Assembly: GCA_951406725.2 (NCBI GenBank)
Contig: OX597820.1
Location: forward strand, 65,596,001-65,660,000
Direction: 5' to 3'
DNA from: Octopus vulgaris
Taxonomy: Eukaryota
DNA length: 64,000 nucleotides
The notes under the pieces were generated by a model. The model saw nothing but the letters and a program-made list of their open reading frames with translations, was not told where the DNA came from and searched no databases. Below are positions 26,894-38,925 of this stretch, piece after piece. The position numbers were made by a program, and so were the translations under genes. Position 1 is the first letter of the stretch. Each line of letters opens with the position of its first letter.

Positions 26894-27452
26894 TCTATTG
26901 CTATATAATATTTACTTTTGAAAGCTTGTTGTTATGAATGGGTTCGATCTCCCTGCATAGCTCATTGCTCAAGTATTTTTTCTTTTTATCATGATTTTCG
27001 GTTGACTAGTACGGCGGAAGTGAAAGTCGGCTGGTATTATCGAGCAGCTTGCAATAATATATATATTATATGTGTGTGTATATAAACATACATATCTACA
27101 TCTATTATCACTATTTGACTATATTTCGAGCTACCGACTTTGATAACTAACTATTAATACTATCTATTATAACAGCCAAACATCTAAAGGAAATCAATGT
27201 GTGTTAATATTTTTCTATTGGATTTCGTTGTTATTATTACTTCTTTTTTTTTCTCTTTGACTGTTGCATTTATGACTCATTTCGTTTTTCGTATAACTTA
27301 GGCCTCGCTGATCATATGATATGTCAAATACTTCTTGCTTGCGTATTAAATAACCAAATAAATTGCTTAAGAAATAATTTGGTCAGAAGAGCGAATAGCC
27401 TATATTCATACATACATACATACATACAAACATACATACATATACATACATG

Positions 27453-27512
<60 letters not shown>

Positions 27513-28032
27513 TATACATATATATGTATGCATATATATATGTAGACATATACATACACATACACACACATATATACATATATGAATAGGCACATACACT
27601 CACACACATATATACATATAAATTAATACATATATGCGTGTGTGTGTGCGTAGTTATGTATGTATATAGAGAGATATATAGATAGATACTTACATACATT
27701 TACATGTATGTATATATATATAGATATATATACATATATATATACATACACATATTGACATATATATATACACACATATATGAATAGGTACATAAATACA
27801 CACATACATATATACATAAATGAATACATATATGCGTGTGCGTGCGCAGGTACGTATGTATGCATATAGATAGACAGATAGACAAAGACAGAGAGAGGGG
27901 GGAGATGCATACATGCATAAATACTTAAATATAGAGAAAAACAGAGAGAGAAAGAAAAAGAGAGAGAGAGAGAATGAGAGAGATGTATGGGTTTGTATAA
28001 ACAATATTGATGATAGATCTTCATTAAATACC

Positions 28033-28280
28033 GGTGTGGCTGTGTGGTAAGAAGCTTGTTTTCCAACCACCTGGTTCCGGGTTCAGTCCTACTGTATAGC
28101 ACCTTGGAAAAGTGTCTTCTACTATAGCCTCGGGTCGACCAAAACCTTGTGAGTGGATATGGTAGACGGAAACTGAAAGAAGCCCGTCGTACCGGAAAGG
28201 TTTTGTTGTCTTACCATTTCTATCCATATATATGTGTGTGTGTTTCTGTCTGTCTGTCTGTCTCCCACAAACATCGCTTA
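28033..28280 (+). mobile_element. SINE family A, 5' half
   Basis: gtggctgtgtggtaagaagcttg...ggttccgggttcagtcc...ggtagacggaaactgaaagaagcccgtcg. Confidence 0.85.
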
Positions 28281-28543
28281 ATTATAAAACTATCGATATT
28301 ATACTCTTACAGATCTACGAAGGCAAAACTTTATTAGTGGGGGCTTATCGATTATATGGAACCCAGTAGTTGACTGCTATTAATTCGAACACCCGAGTCT
28401 TCAAAGATGGAGAGAAGCATCTATTGATAGATCGATCGATTTTTGCATGTACCGTTATATCTATCAATCTATAAATTGATCTTTCTACCCACTTATTTAT
28501 CTAGTTATCTATTTCGTGATTTATCTATATGCATGTCTGTGTC

Positions 28544-28610
<67 letters not shown>

Positions 28611-28631
28611 TTAAAGAATGTGGTTGCATAT

Positions 28632-28803
28632 AGGCGCAGGAGTGGCTGTGTAGTAAGTAACTTGCTTACCAACCACATGGTTCCGGGTTCAGTCCCATTG
28701 CGTGGTACCTTGGGCAAGTGTCTTCTACTGTAGCTTTGGGCCGACCAAAAACTTGTGAGTGGATTTGGTAGACGGAAACTAAAAGAAGCTCGTTGTATAT
28801 GTG

Positions 28804-28845
<42 letters not shown>

Positions 28846-29055
28846 CCTTTGTATGTCTTGTGTTTGTCCCCCCTCCCAACATCGCTTGACAACCGATGCT
28901 GGTGTGTTTACGTCCACGTCACTAGTGGTTCGGCAAAAAGGGACCGATAAAATAAGTACTAAGCTTACAAAGAATAAGTCGTGGGGTCGATTTCCTAGAC
29001 TAAAGGCGGTGCTCCAGCATGGCCAAAGTCAAATGACTGAAACAAGTAAAAGAGC
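28632..29055 (+). mobile_element. SINE family A, full length
   Basis: A-box-like tggctgtgtag, B-box-like ggttcagtccc, central domain, internal (TA)n, and tail ggcggtgctccagcatggcc..tgactgaaacaagtaaaagag. Confidence 0.95.
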
Positions 29056-29119
29056 ATAAATCCGAAACAATGCTAGGAGATACAAAGTTTAGTACAAATT
29101 GAAAAGGTAACAAAACGAA

Positions 29120-29350
29120 GCTGCAGTTTTTCCTTGTATTTCTTATTTGGAAAAGATCCCTTCTTCGAAAAAGCAACGGTTGGAAAAAGTCTGTTGAAGT
29201 GTATGGGGGCTGGAACAGGGGAGGAAGGTGAGAGGTGACACACGCGGACGACTCTTTCTATAGAAACCAGTCTGCCTCGTGTAGTTCCTTTCTGCTGTTA
29301 ATGGCTGGTTTCAGTTTGTTTATAAGGAGGGCTTCCATAATTCCATAGTT
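29120..29350 (-). mobile_element. Penelope-like element 3' remnant (GIY-YIG C-terminus)
   Basis: GIMEALLINKLKPAINSRKEL matches the EAL.I...KP.LN motif that ends PLE GIY-YIG domains. Confidence 0.55.
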
Positions 29351-29406
29351 CACCTTTGAATCTATATTGATATATGTATATTGTCTGAGTATTTATGTGT
29401 GTTTGC

Positions 29407-29466
<60 letters not shown>

Positions 29467-29494
29467 GAATACAAATATCCACAGTTGCAATGTA

Positions 29495-29553
29495 TGATTG
29501 ATTGATTGATTCTAGTTTCAGCTCACGAGCTGTGCCCATGCTGGGGCACCGCC
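29495..29553 (-). mobile_element. Short LINE-type 3' tail with (ATCA)n
   Basis: Reverse complement ggcggtgccccagcatgggcacagctcgtgagctgaaactaga(atca)n; homologous to the SINE A tail and to the LINE 3' UTR near 32250-32305. Confidence 0.75.
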
Positions 29554-29580
29554 ATTAAAATATTACAAGCAAAAACTAAC

Positions 29581-29662
29581 TGGCAGTGATGGGATTCGAA
29601 CCCACGCCTCCTAAGAGACTGGTGCCTAAAACCAGCGCCTTAGACCACTCGGCCACATGTGT
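29581..29662 (-). pseudogene. tRNA-Leu(TAG) with the first 5 nt of the acceptor stem replaced (probable pseudogene)
   Basis: Reverse complement acacatgtggccgagtggtctaaggcg-ctggt-tt-TAG-gc-accag-tctcttaggaggc-gtggg-ttcgaat-cccat-cactgcca. D, anticodon, variable and T arms are intact, but only 2 of 7 acceptor pairs form. T5 run 5 nt downstream; no encoded CCA. Confidence 0.9.
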
Positions 29663-30235
29663 TTCTCATTTATCTTTTATTAGTCTCAGTTCTTAGACTG
29701 CGGTCATGCTGGCGCACCAACTTTCAAGACGGTTAGCCGATAGTAAAATAGTACTTACTCCATTTAAGCCTGTTACTTCCGCGTCAGTCACTTTTGTCGA
29801 GCCTCCTAGTTATGGAGATAAACATAGACACAAAGACAGACGCACTCAATGCATACATATATACATATGCACAGCGGGCTTCTTTTAGTTTCCGTCGACA
29901 AAATCCACTCATAAGGCTTTAGTCGGCCTAAGGTTACAAGGTATGCTGAAAAGTTCCTGGCTTTAATAGTATCGCGAAAGGCTTGACTAGAGGACCGACC
30001 TTCCGAGCTCTTTTGCAGAGCTTAGAAAATTTGAAGGACCTCTGCAATAATTGTGTGGATCTGAGAGGCGAATATGTAGAATAGAATTATAATTAACTGA
30101 TCCTCCTGTATTTTCTTTAACTCATAGGCAGGAACTTTTTCCAGCAACCCTTCGTATAATAGAAGACACTTTCCCGAGATGCCAATTTGAGAGACTGAAC
30201 CTGGAAACATGTCTTTGGGAAACAAACCAGATAGC
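29663..30235 (-). mobile_element. SINE family A interrupted by a mariner MITE
   Basis: SINE sequence ...ggcctaaggt[TA] resumes as [TA]taatagaagacact after 30156. Confidence 0.8.
29937..30154 (+). mobile_element. Mariner-derived MITE (internal deletion derivative)
   Basis: TIRs caaggtatgctgaaaagttcctg / caggaactttttccagcaacccttcg, TA TSD, and a retained transposase C-terminus LRKLKDLCNNCVDLRGEYVE*. Confidence 0.85.
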
Positions 30236-30889
30236 TACATTATTATATATTATACCATATATATTTACCAGATAGCTACTTTCATATATATTACACAAAG
30301 GACATCTATATATATTATACAAAAGTATGAAATCAATCATCGCTGTAATTAGCTCCTCTAGTGTAGGTAAAGAACAACAGTTATTAACATATAATCGTGA
30401 ATCCCTCACACAGCACCAACACTCAGCACCAACACTCAGCAAAAGTAGAAATTAGTTTGCTTCTTGACACAATCAATGAATTATGGCGCTACATTCATTA
30501 CGCGTGTTAATAAACTAAACTTAAAAGACAACGAAAATTTGTCTAACATGAAAATAATTGCCTTTTACTCCAGTAAATGAATTATACAACGAATTCTTTG
30601 AACTATATTAACATTTTTGTATTGCAAAAGGAAAATGTACTTTTATTCAATAAATAATTCGATAATAAGCATTTTGATTTTTCTGGGTAGACACACCTAA
30701 ATTTTTCTAATCAAATGCATAATCTCTAACACAAATACACTCACACATACACACACACACACACACGCACACACACATACACGCACACGCACACACACAT
30801 ATATATGTATATGCATACATACATATGTGTGGGTATGAATGTATGTGTGTATATGCGGGCGATATAACTAGATAAATAGATCGATAGAT

Positions 30890-31282
30890 TATTTTATTCG
30901 TTTATTTGTTTCAGTCTTTTGATTACGGCCATGCTGGAGCACGGCCTTTAGTGGAACATATTGACCCCAGAACTTGTTCTTTGTAAGCCTAGTATTTATT
31001 GTATCGGTCTGTTTTGCCGAATCGCTAAGTTACGTGGGTGTAGATACACCAACATCGCAATAGTGGAGGAACAAGCACAGACACAAACATATCCATTTAT
31101 ATATATGTGTATGTATATATATATACAGCGGGCTTCTTTCAGTTTCCGTCTACCAAGTAGCTCACATGGCTTTGGTCTGCCCAAGGCTATAGTAGAAGAC
31201 ACTTGCCCAAGTGCCACGCAGTGAGACTGAAACCGGGACCATTTGGTTGGTAAGCAAGCTACTTACCAGACAGCCACTCATG
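30890..31282 (-). mobile_element. SINE family A
   Basis: Reverse complement of the family A consensus from tail to head. Confidence 0.9.
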
Positions 31283-31326
31283 CATCTGTGTGTATATATG
31301 TATATATAAAAGTATACATATATATA

Positions 31327-31425
<99 letters not shown>

Positions 31426-31460
31426 CGATCAAAGTGTACGTACGTCGCAATATAAAAATT

Positions 31461-31830
31461 TATATAAAAAATACAAAATGGGACTAGAATGCAAAACATC
31501 CAGGCGGCTAGGTGATACAAAAAAGGGACAACACAAAATCCAGATAGACGATGCAAAGCAAACAAGGTCAGGTCATTCGGAGTTTTCTTTTTCAGTCGAG
31601 TTCCAGATTATCTTTGCAATTTCGGGTGATTATTCTCGAGATTTCTCCAATCTGGCCTTAGTTTTTCCTTGGGGCTGGCCAGATGGGAGCAATCTCGAGT
31701 ATAACCAGGTGAAATTGCAAAGATAATCGGGAACTCGACTAAGGAAAAAACTCCGAATGACCCGTCTTTGTTTCTTTTGTATCGTCTATCTGGATGTTTT
31801 GCGTTCTTGTACCATTTTGTATCTTATATA
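31461..31830. mobile_element. Foldback/MITE-like hairpin element within TA/GA microsatellites
   Basis: Arms atccagatagacgat..gtcattcggagtttt..agtcgagttcc.gattatctttgcaatttc..ctcgagatt..tctggcc and their reverse complement surround a spacer of about 19 bp. The terminal ~45 bp is duplicated in the left arm. Confidence 0.85.
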
Positions 31831-31853
31831 TATATATATATATATATATATGC

Positions 31854-31898
<45 letters not shown>

Positions 31899-31982
31899 TG
31901 TATGTATATATATATATATACGTGTGTATATATATATATATATATATATAAACATATATCGATATATATATAATTATGTATA

Positions 31983-32042
<60 letters not shown>

Positions 32043-32244
32043 CTACTAAACGTGCGTGCATGAATTCTTAGAGCGTCAGATTGTGCGGCATTCGCAAGGA
32101 GAGGACGTACGGTGCTAAAAGCGCAGACCTATATCATAGCAAGCGTACCTCTCAGGGAGGAACAGTCAAGGCTATACTGCAGTATTTGGTGTGCTAGTAT
32201 TACATTCACGTTCAGTAAGATACAACGATTTCCTTTTCATACGA

Positions 32245-32510
32245 GTATATTCTTTTACACTATTGTGCGTTTCAGGCTGAGAGCCAGCGCCATGCTAGTG
32301 CACTTCCAATGTTATCACTGGCACTTCTTTTGCAATTTTTGTGAAAGAGGGAGTTCGATATTGTTGCCCCCTCTTGAGGTTCTTGTTTTTGTGTAGGTTT
32401 ACTTGTAGCCTTGAGCAGAAAGAAGTCAATTTGGTTCTTGAAACCATCTGCACTACCCCATATAGATCTCTCAAATATTTTGACAAGATGAGTAGCCGCA
32501 CATGGTCAAT
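32245..32510 (-). mobile_element. CR1-like LINE 3' end (ORF2 C-terminus and 3' UTR)
   Basis: RLLILSKYLRDLYGV...KNQIDFFL..KPT..RG..SNSL (frameshifted), then a 3' UTR gtgcactagcatggcgctggctctcagcctgaaac...taaaagaata. Confidence 0.6.
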
Positions 32511-32624
32511 CTAGACGGGATAGATGAGACATTTGGAACCATGTAGGGACGTCCAGTTCAGGGGTTTCTATTACTCTCGGTGCCAAAGTTTCGTAAAAAC
32601 CACATATCAGAAGACGAAATGATC

Positions 32625-32747
32625 ACAAAGCAACGTGGAATGAATTATTTTGCTCAAGAACACAACGCAACACCCGGTCTGCGAATCGAAACTACGATCT
32701 TACAGTCGTGAGCGCAACAACCTAACCACTAAGCCATGCGCCTCCGC
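32625..32747 (-). mobile_element. SINE family C/D head
   Basis: Reverse complement ggaggcgcatggcttagtggttagg...gtttcgattc. Confidence 0.8.
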
Positions 32748-32947
32748 TATATGTGTGTGTATGACTGTGTTTGTTCGTGTATATGTGTAGTATATTTTAA
32801 TATATCTAATATATATATAGACACATGCATACATATAGGCATATACACAGATCTATCTATCTATACATATATAAATATAAATATATATATGTGTATGTGT
32901 CTGGGTGTGTGTATATATACGATCAACCCCCCCCCCCCGTATAACCT

Positions 32948-33017
32948 TAGAGTACTTGTCATAATTACCAAATGGCACTCCAGACTAGCTCCAGCTCAGA
33001 AGAAGTGTTATCGTCAA
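32948..33017. repeat. 70-bp segment duplicated at 34995-35064 (3 mismatches)
   Basis: tagagtacttgtcataattaccaaatggcactccagac(t/c)agctccagctcagaagaagtg(t/a)tatc(g/c)tcaa. Confidence 0.95.
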
Positions 33018-33048
33018 TGGACGGTGCTGAGTTGTCAAACATTTAAAC

Positions 33049-33108
33049 CAAATTTTCTCAAATCAACTTGTCCGACCGGCCCATAGGCCTCTCCTTTGAG
33101 AAACACTG
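33049..33108. mobile_element. Possible very small hAT-like MITE
   Basis: Termini caaattttctcaaa / tttgagaaacactg; flanks atttaaac / acttaacc. Confidence 0.4.
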
Positions 33109-33269
33109 ACTTAACCTAAATTTGAGGCACCAGCAAAAGAAGAAATAAAGATAGAATTTTCTCTATTCCAGAGTAAACCGATTTTATTCACATAAATATG
33201 CAACCGAAGAATTTAAAGTACCTGTAATAAGGCTGTTGGCTGAGAGAAAACAAACATGGTTTAAACAGT

Positions 33270-33465
33270 AAGCTTGGCACGTTCCCACGGCTTTATCGAT
33301 TGCATTCTCACCTGGTATCCTTTTTTTGTAATTTTTTCAAGACTTATACACGCCCTGATACCGTCGGTATCTACATATCAAATTTGAGCGCAATCGGATG
33401 GAAGATGCCCGAGATCCTAGAAGACACACACACACAGACAGACAGACAACGGATTTTATATAATA
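33270..33465 (+). mobile_element. Possible non-autonomous Helitron-like (DINE-1/Lep1-type) element
   Basis: acatatcaaatttgagcgcaatcggatg...(ca)n(gaca)n..ttttatata has the 3' architecture typical of these elements. Confidence 0.45.
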
Positions 33466-34270
33466 CACACACACACACACAAACGAATGATTAATTCCAT
33501 CTACTTCTACAAAAGAGAGAACTCAAGCTTATATTTTTGACAATTTTAGAAATTGTCTGTCGGAGCATACGTTTTATGTAAGTCAACTAGAAGACTAATG
33601 AATATGACGTCAGACTGATATTTTATATATTATTATCAGCAGCAGCATCATCACCATTATTATTCTTGTTGTTATCGTTGTTGTTATTTTTGTTGTTATT
33701 TGCTTCATATCTTTATTGCGTAACTATATCACAATTGACATGAGACGCTTGCGAGATCATTTTCAAAAGACGTTATGTTATAGCGAAAAAAATGTATGCA
33801 CTATTCATCTTCGTCTATGAGTGTGTGTGTATGTGTGTGTATGTGTGTATGTGTGTGAACGTGTGAGCACGCGCGCGTGTAATAAAACGACAATGAACTG
33901 AGGAAACTAACACTGAAGAGACACCAGCATATATTTGAACAAGAAAGACGGATTTGGGGATATTAGACTCTATGCCAGACAAATCCTTGATTTACTACAA
34001 TATTCTTTGCCTTCAGAAATGGTTCAATAATAGATTGGTAGTCCAGCACCCAAATAAGAAGGGAAGAACCATAAAAATCAATATTTTTTTTTACAGAAGT
34101 GGCATCACATTAATGAAATGACGTTGTAACTGTTTAAAAACAAGAGAAAAACTGCAGAAACACGTATCTGTTTTTATCATTGCTGCAATATCCCTAAGTT
34201 ATTCCCAGCAGAAGGCTAACTTACTGTACGAACAATGGAAGCGGAAGTAATTTCACTGGCTCACTACTAT

Positions 34271-34630
34271 GGAAGCACTCCGTCGGTTACGGCGACGAGG
34301 GTTTCGGTTGCTCGTGAAATTAACGTGTAAGTGACTGAGCACTCCACAGACACGTGTACCCTTAACGTAGTTCTCGGGGATATTCAGCGTGACACAGAGA
34401 GTGACAAGGCCGGCCCTTTGAAATACAGGTACAACAGAAACAGGAAGTAAGAGTGAGAGAAAGTTGTGGTGAAAGAGTACAGCAGGGATCACCACCATCC
34501 CTGCCGGAGCCTCGTGGAGCTTTAGGTGTTTTCGCTCAATAAACACTCACAACGCCCGGTCTGGGAATCGAAACCGCGATCCTACGACCGCGAGTCCGCT
34601 GCCCTAACCACTGGGCCATTGCGCCTCCAC
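34271..34630 (-). mobile_element. Young full-length tRNA-derived SINE (family C) with a 13-bp TSD
   Basis: TSD ggctcactactat at 34258-70 and 34631-43; head gtggaggcgcaatggcccagtggttagggcag...ggtttcgattcc. Confidence 0.95.
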
Positions 34631-35388
34631 GGCTCACTACTATAACTTGCATAGCATTAAATATATCCCTTAAAAATACATCCTTATTCATTTTTGTTAT
34701 TCGTATATATGTCACTCGCCATTCCATACTGTTTCTCTTAGCTCATTTTACTTTCATTTACGTAAGTTATCTAAGAATTTACCTTGTATTATATTAAATA
34801 TATTCTTATTCTTCCTTGTTTCATACATATATACATATAAATACACGTGTGGTGGGGTAAGTGTGTGTAAGTGTTCAAGTAAAAATTAGCTAAGTGGCTC
34901 AGAACGGCCAGTGATATGTAATTGATCAACACAGGCAAATCAATGTATATCAATTACTATATGACACATTGATTTATTAAATTATTTCCACCCCTAGAGT
35001 ACTTGTCATAATTACCAAATGGCACTCCAGACCAGCTCCAGCTCAGAAGAAGTGATATCCTCAAGAAGTGAGAATTAACCAAAGTTGTCATGCCTTCATG
35101 TCTAGAGATAAGATGCCAGACGGGGTCAGGTGCTTCTGAGTCTCACAAAACTGATATTTTCCAGTGTGTGGTGAACAACGATAGCAGCGTAACAATGTAT
35201 AAGGAAAGATATTCAAAGTACATCGAGATGTAATCAGAGAACAATACATTGAGATTTGAAATGGTTTCCCGAAAACTCCATACGTAAAAACATTTTATTT
35301 CTTGGTTTAGACGTCAGAATCTTGAAACACGATTTAAGATGTTATTCAAGAAGGGTCTGCTTCTAATAACTTATGCACACTCTATGTA

Positions 35389-35429
<41 letters not shown>

Positions 35430-35759
35430 CCTTAATTTGTCGAGATACTGACCACGTGCATCGTACATGAAAGCTTCTGAAGCTTTCTTCGGACATCGTA
35501 ATCCTACGTCATCCAGAAAAAAAAGTTTCAACACAAATACCCTTAGTTTTCGAGATAGGTTTAAATAAAACTTAAAATCTCCAAACGTATCCGTGTTTCT
35601 TTCCAAAGCAAAAGTTAAAGTGGATATGTAAATGATACCCATATATTCTATAAATTCATATCAAACAAGATCGTGAACATCTATAAGAAACTAAATCCAG
35701 CTCAAACTATGCTATTAATTTAGAAGAGAGTGTATAATATTATGGTTGTATCTGAACTA

Positions 35760-36480
35760 TACGTTATAGTTAAAGATCATAAAGTCGAATTTTGTGAACT
35801 CCAAGTGCAGATTAATAAATTTAGTTATATATACAGTCAAAATATTTTTGGTTTGGTTCCATCATTTTGAATATTAAACAGATCACATCACTTCTATTTT
35901 GTAGTAATAGTGTATCTATCATTAAATGGTTCGGTAACATTGATAATAAACACCTTCGTAAATTTATGCAGTTTGACATAGTAGAATTCTATGCAACTAT
36001 AACTAAATCTATTCTCCAGAAAGCTTTAGAATATGGTAGAGATTTTATTCCAATTAGTGAGTCTGACATTAATATTACTATGCACGCTAGGAAATCTTTG
36101 CTATTTTATAATAATTCTGTTACAGTTTAACGTAGTAGACAGGTATTACTTGATGGAGCTATTGAGCTGAAATTTGTGAATTAATAAGATTGTATATTTT
36201 AGACATACTTCGAAAGAGATTCCGCTCTGTAGATATTTTATTTTACTTTTTTCTTTTACCGTGATGATGAATTATTCATCTTGCGAAATATCAGTGAATA
36301 CAGTTAGGAAGGAATTTATCAACTTATTTAAAGAGTTAGGTTTAAAGATTATAGTTGTTAGGCATCTATGTGTAGTCAATTTCATAGATATAAATCTAGA
36401 TTTAGACTTGTAAATATTGCTCTTATTGTGTAAGTAATGAGAAATTACAGTACATTAATATATTCCAAATATTACCGGTG
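35760..36480 (+). mobile_element. Penelope-like element reverse transcriptase remnant
   Basis: KDHK..CRLIN; WFGNID..FMQFDIVEFYATIT; MHARKSLLFYNN; MGAIEL/AEICELI.LYILD; FYRDD; FKELGLKI..VVNFIDINLDL. Heavily disrupted. Confidence 0.8.
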
Positions 36481-36880
36481 ATGCCAACATTTTAGCAACA
36501 AAAGTAAGCGCATATTCAACAAATATAATAAAGTATCTTTTTATCTCGTTATTCATTATTTCAATGACTTATTAAAAGACACAAACCTCAATACTAGAAT
36601 ATATTATTACATATAGTTTAATACTAATATTTATAGACGCAAAATTTGTTCGAATGTTCTTTCTCCATTCTTGCTATTTCGCCATTTTTTTTTCTTTGCT
36701 TTAGAAGAGCAAAATCCAACCTCTTAAACACCGACAGCGCTTCTTAAAGAGCATCAATGGTAGAAACATCGTATGTAACAGCAGAACTGCGTCTACTGCC
36801 ACCTATAGGATTTCATTGTATAAAACGAAAACAGAGTTTGAACAAACTAATGTACTACGGCAGCAACTAGTTAGTGATAT

Positions 36881-37289
36881 CTCTTTTACTCTTTTATTCT
36901 TTTACTTGCTTCAGTCATTTGACTGCGGCCATGCTGGAGCACCGCCTTTAGTCGAGTAAATTGACCCAGGACTTATTCTTTGGAAGCCTAGTGCTTATTC
37001 TATCAGTCTCTTTTGCCGAACCGCTAAGTTACGGAGACGTAAACACACCACCATCGGTTGTCAAGCGATGTTGGGGGGACAAACAGACACACAAACACAT
37101 ACACACCCATATATATATATATATACGACGGGCTTCTTTCAGTTTCCGTCAACCAAATCCACTTACAAGGCTTTGGTCGGCCTGAGGCTATAGTAGAAGA
37201 CACTTGCCCAAGTTGCCACATAGTGGGAATGAACCCAGAACCATGTGGTTGGTAAGCAAGCTACTTACCACACAGCCGCTCTTGCGCCT
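36881..37289 (-). mobile_element. SINE family A, full length and low divergence
   Basis: Complete reverse complement of the consensus, including the tail repeats. Confidence 0.95.
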
Positions 37290-37839
37290 ATATTCATAAA
37301 TTCCATAAAGTCAATAATCCGCGTAGAAATACAAGAATTCTTGATATTTCAGTCCCGGTTTTGACGGAGAATGGTAAATGTGTCAGACAATTCACAACCA
37401 ATAATCTTGCTTTGAACCTGAGAATTCTCGTCTTCTTACAGGATACCAATATACAGGATGCACGTTTCTGTAAGACAGTGAAGTGTTATCTGACCAAGAA
37501 TCTGGATGTTATTTCTAGCCGCTCGATCGACCAGGTAGAATGTTCTACTTCGGATATCCTTCACCCTAATAAGATGTTAGACACACATTAGTGTGACAGT
37601 GGTGGAGCCTTGTATCACTGAGAAAAAGGTCTGTCTTCATTTCACGTTGTTTCAATCTAATCACTTAAAGATGATTGCCAACAGTAGCCGGGGGTTAACC
37701 TTGTGTTGGACTGGTGTTTCGTTCGGGTGGGAGAAGGTTTTATACACTTAATCACTTATATAGCTCACAGGCCCGATAAACAACCACCTCCTACACGCGT
37801 AGGTTTGCGATTGACTTAAAACTTTTAATTTAATATACA

Positions 37840-38450
37840 ATAGTAGCATACTTGTTTTATAGATATATAAATATAATTGGTCACGACTATTTGTGGTTAT
37901 AATAGTTATTAGTACAAAATACATTCAAGTAACTTCAAATACTGACTATAAATATGGAAAATAAGTTCACGTTACACACATAGATATTTAGCATCACAAT
38001 TTCTTTTAACATCGATGGAGACAATAGTTCGGTTTATCTATAATATATTCAAATAATGACCTCATAAATAAAGGGAGATATAAGTTCACACACATAGGTT
38101 AACAGCAACATATTTCTTTTAGATATCAGTAGCTATTATTATAGTTTAGTATTACAAAATTACTAATACTGACCAAAGTTATTGTGAATTAAATTCACAC
38201 GAACACACATAGAAACATAGTAATACAATTTCCTTTAAACGTCAGCGAATATAATATTTAATACTGCAAAATATTTTCGAATACTTCCTAATATAGAGAA
38301 ATAGTTACATAAGAAGACAACCTCTCAGATATTGCTGACTATTACAGTTAGTAGTACAAACTATTTTAGAATACTAATCATATGTATTGAGAAATAGATT
38401 TAATGACACATAGATATATAATATATAACAGCAAATATATATTTCAAACG
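37840..38450. repeat. Decayed AT-rich minisatellite, period about 110-120 bp
   Basis: aagttcac..acacatag..aatttc.ttta recurs near 37961, 38081 and 38190, with a further trace near 38400. Confidence 0.55.
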
Positions 38451-38925
38451 AAGGATTATATTCTTCAGTACGACAGACACCCTGGTTTAACCTCGTTATT
38501 TGATAACCGACTATGTTTATTTGTGAATTCTTCATTTCTACGCACTTTCGTTCTCTGGCGTAAATTATTCTCTGTTTGTCCAATAGGACTCTCTTTCGAG
38601 ACTCAGAATTGGAAATTATATCAATCAGCTTTTTGTCACCACATGTTAACTTCGCTTTTACTGTTAAACGTGTTACTACATAAATAAAGGTAGCTTGAAC
38701 AAAACTGTAAATAAAATATTCCTTGTTTTATGTCAATGTTAATTTCAACTTGATATGTATTTAACTCACTTACAAATTCCTCGTTCTTATATAATATGTA
38801 TATATGTGCGTGCATACGCATGTGAGTTTGTGTGAAATGTATGTGTGTGTATGTATACATGCATATATATGTATGTGTGTGTGTGCGTACTTACATAAAT
38901 ACACACACACAAACACGTATATTTA

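Noticed and set aside
29581-29662. Functional tRNA-Leu gene
   Set aside because: Five of seven acceptor-stem pairs cannot form, so it is called a pseudogene.
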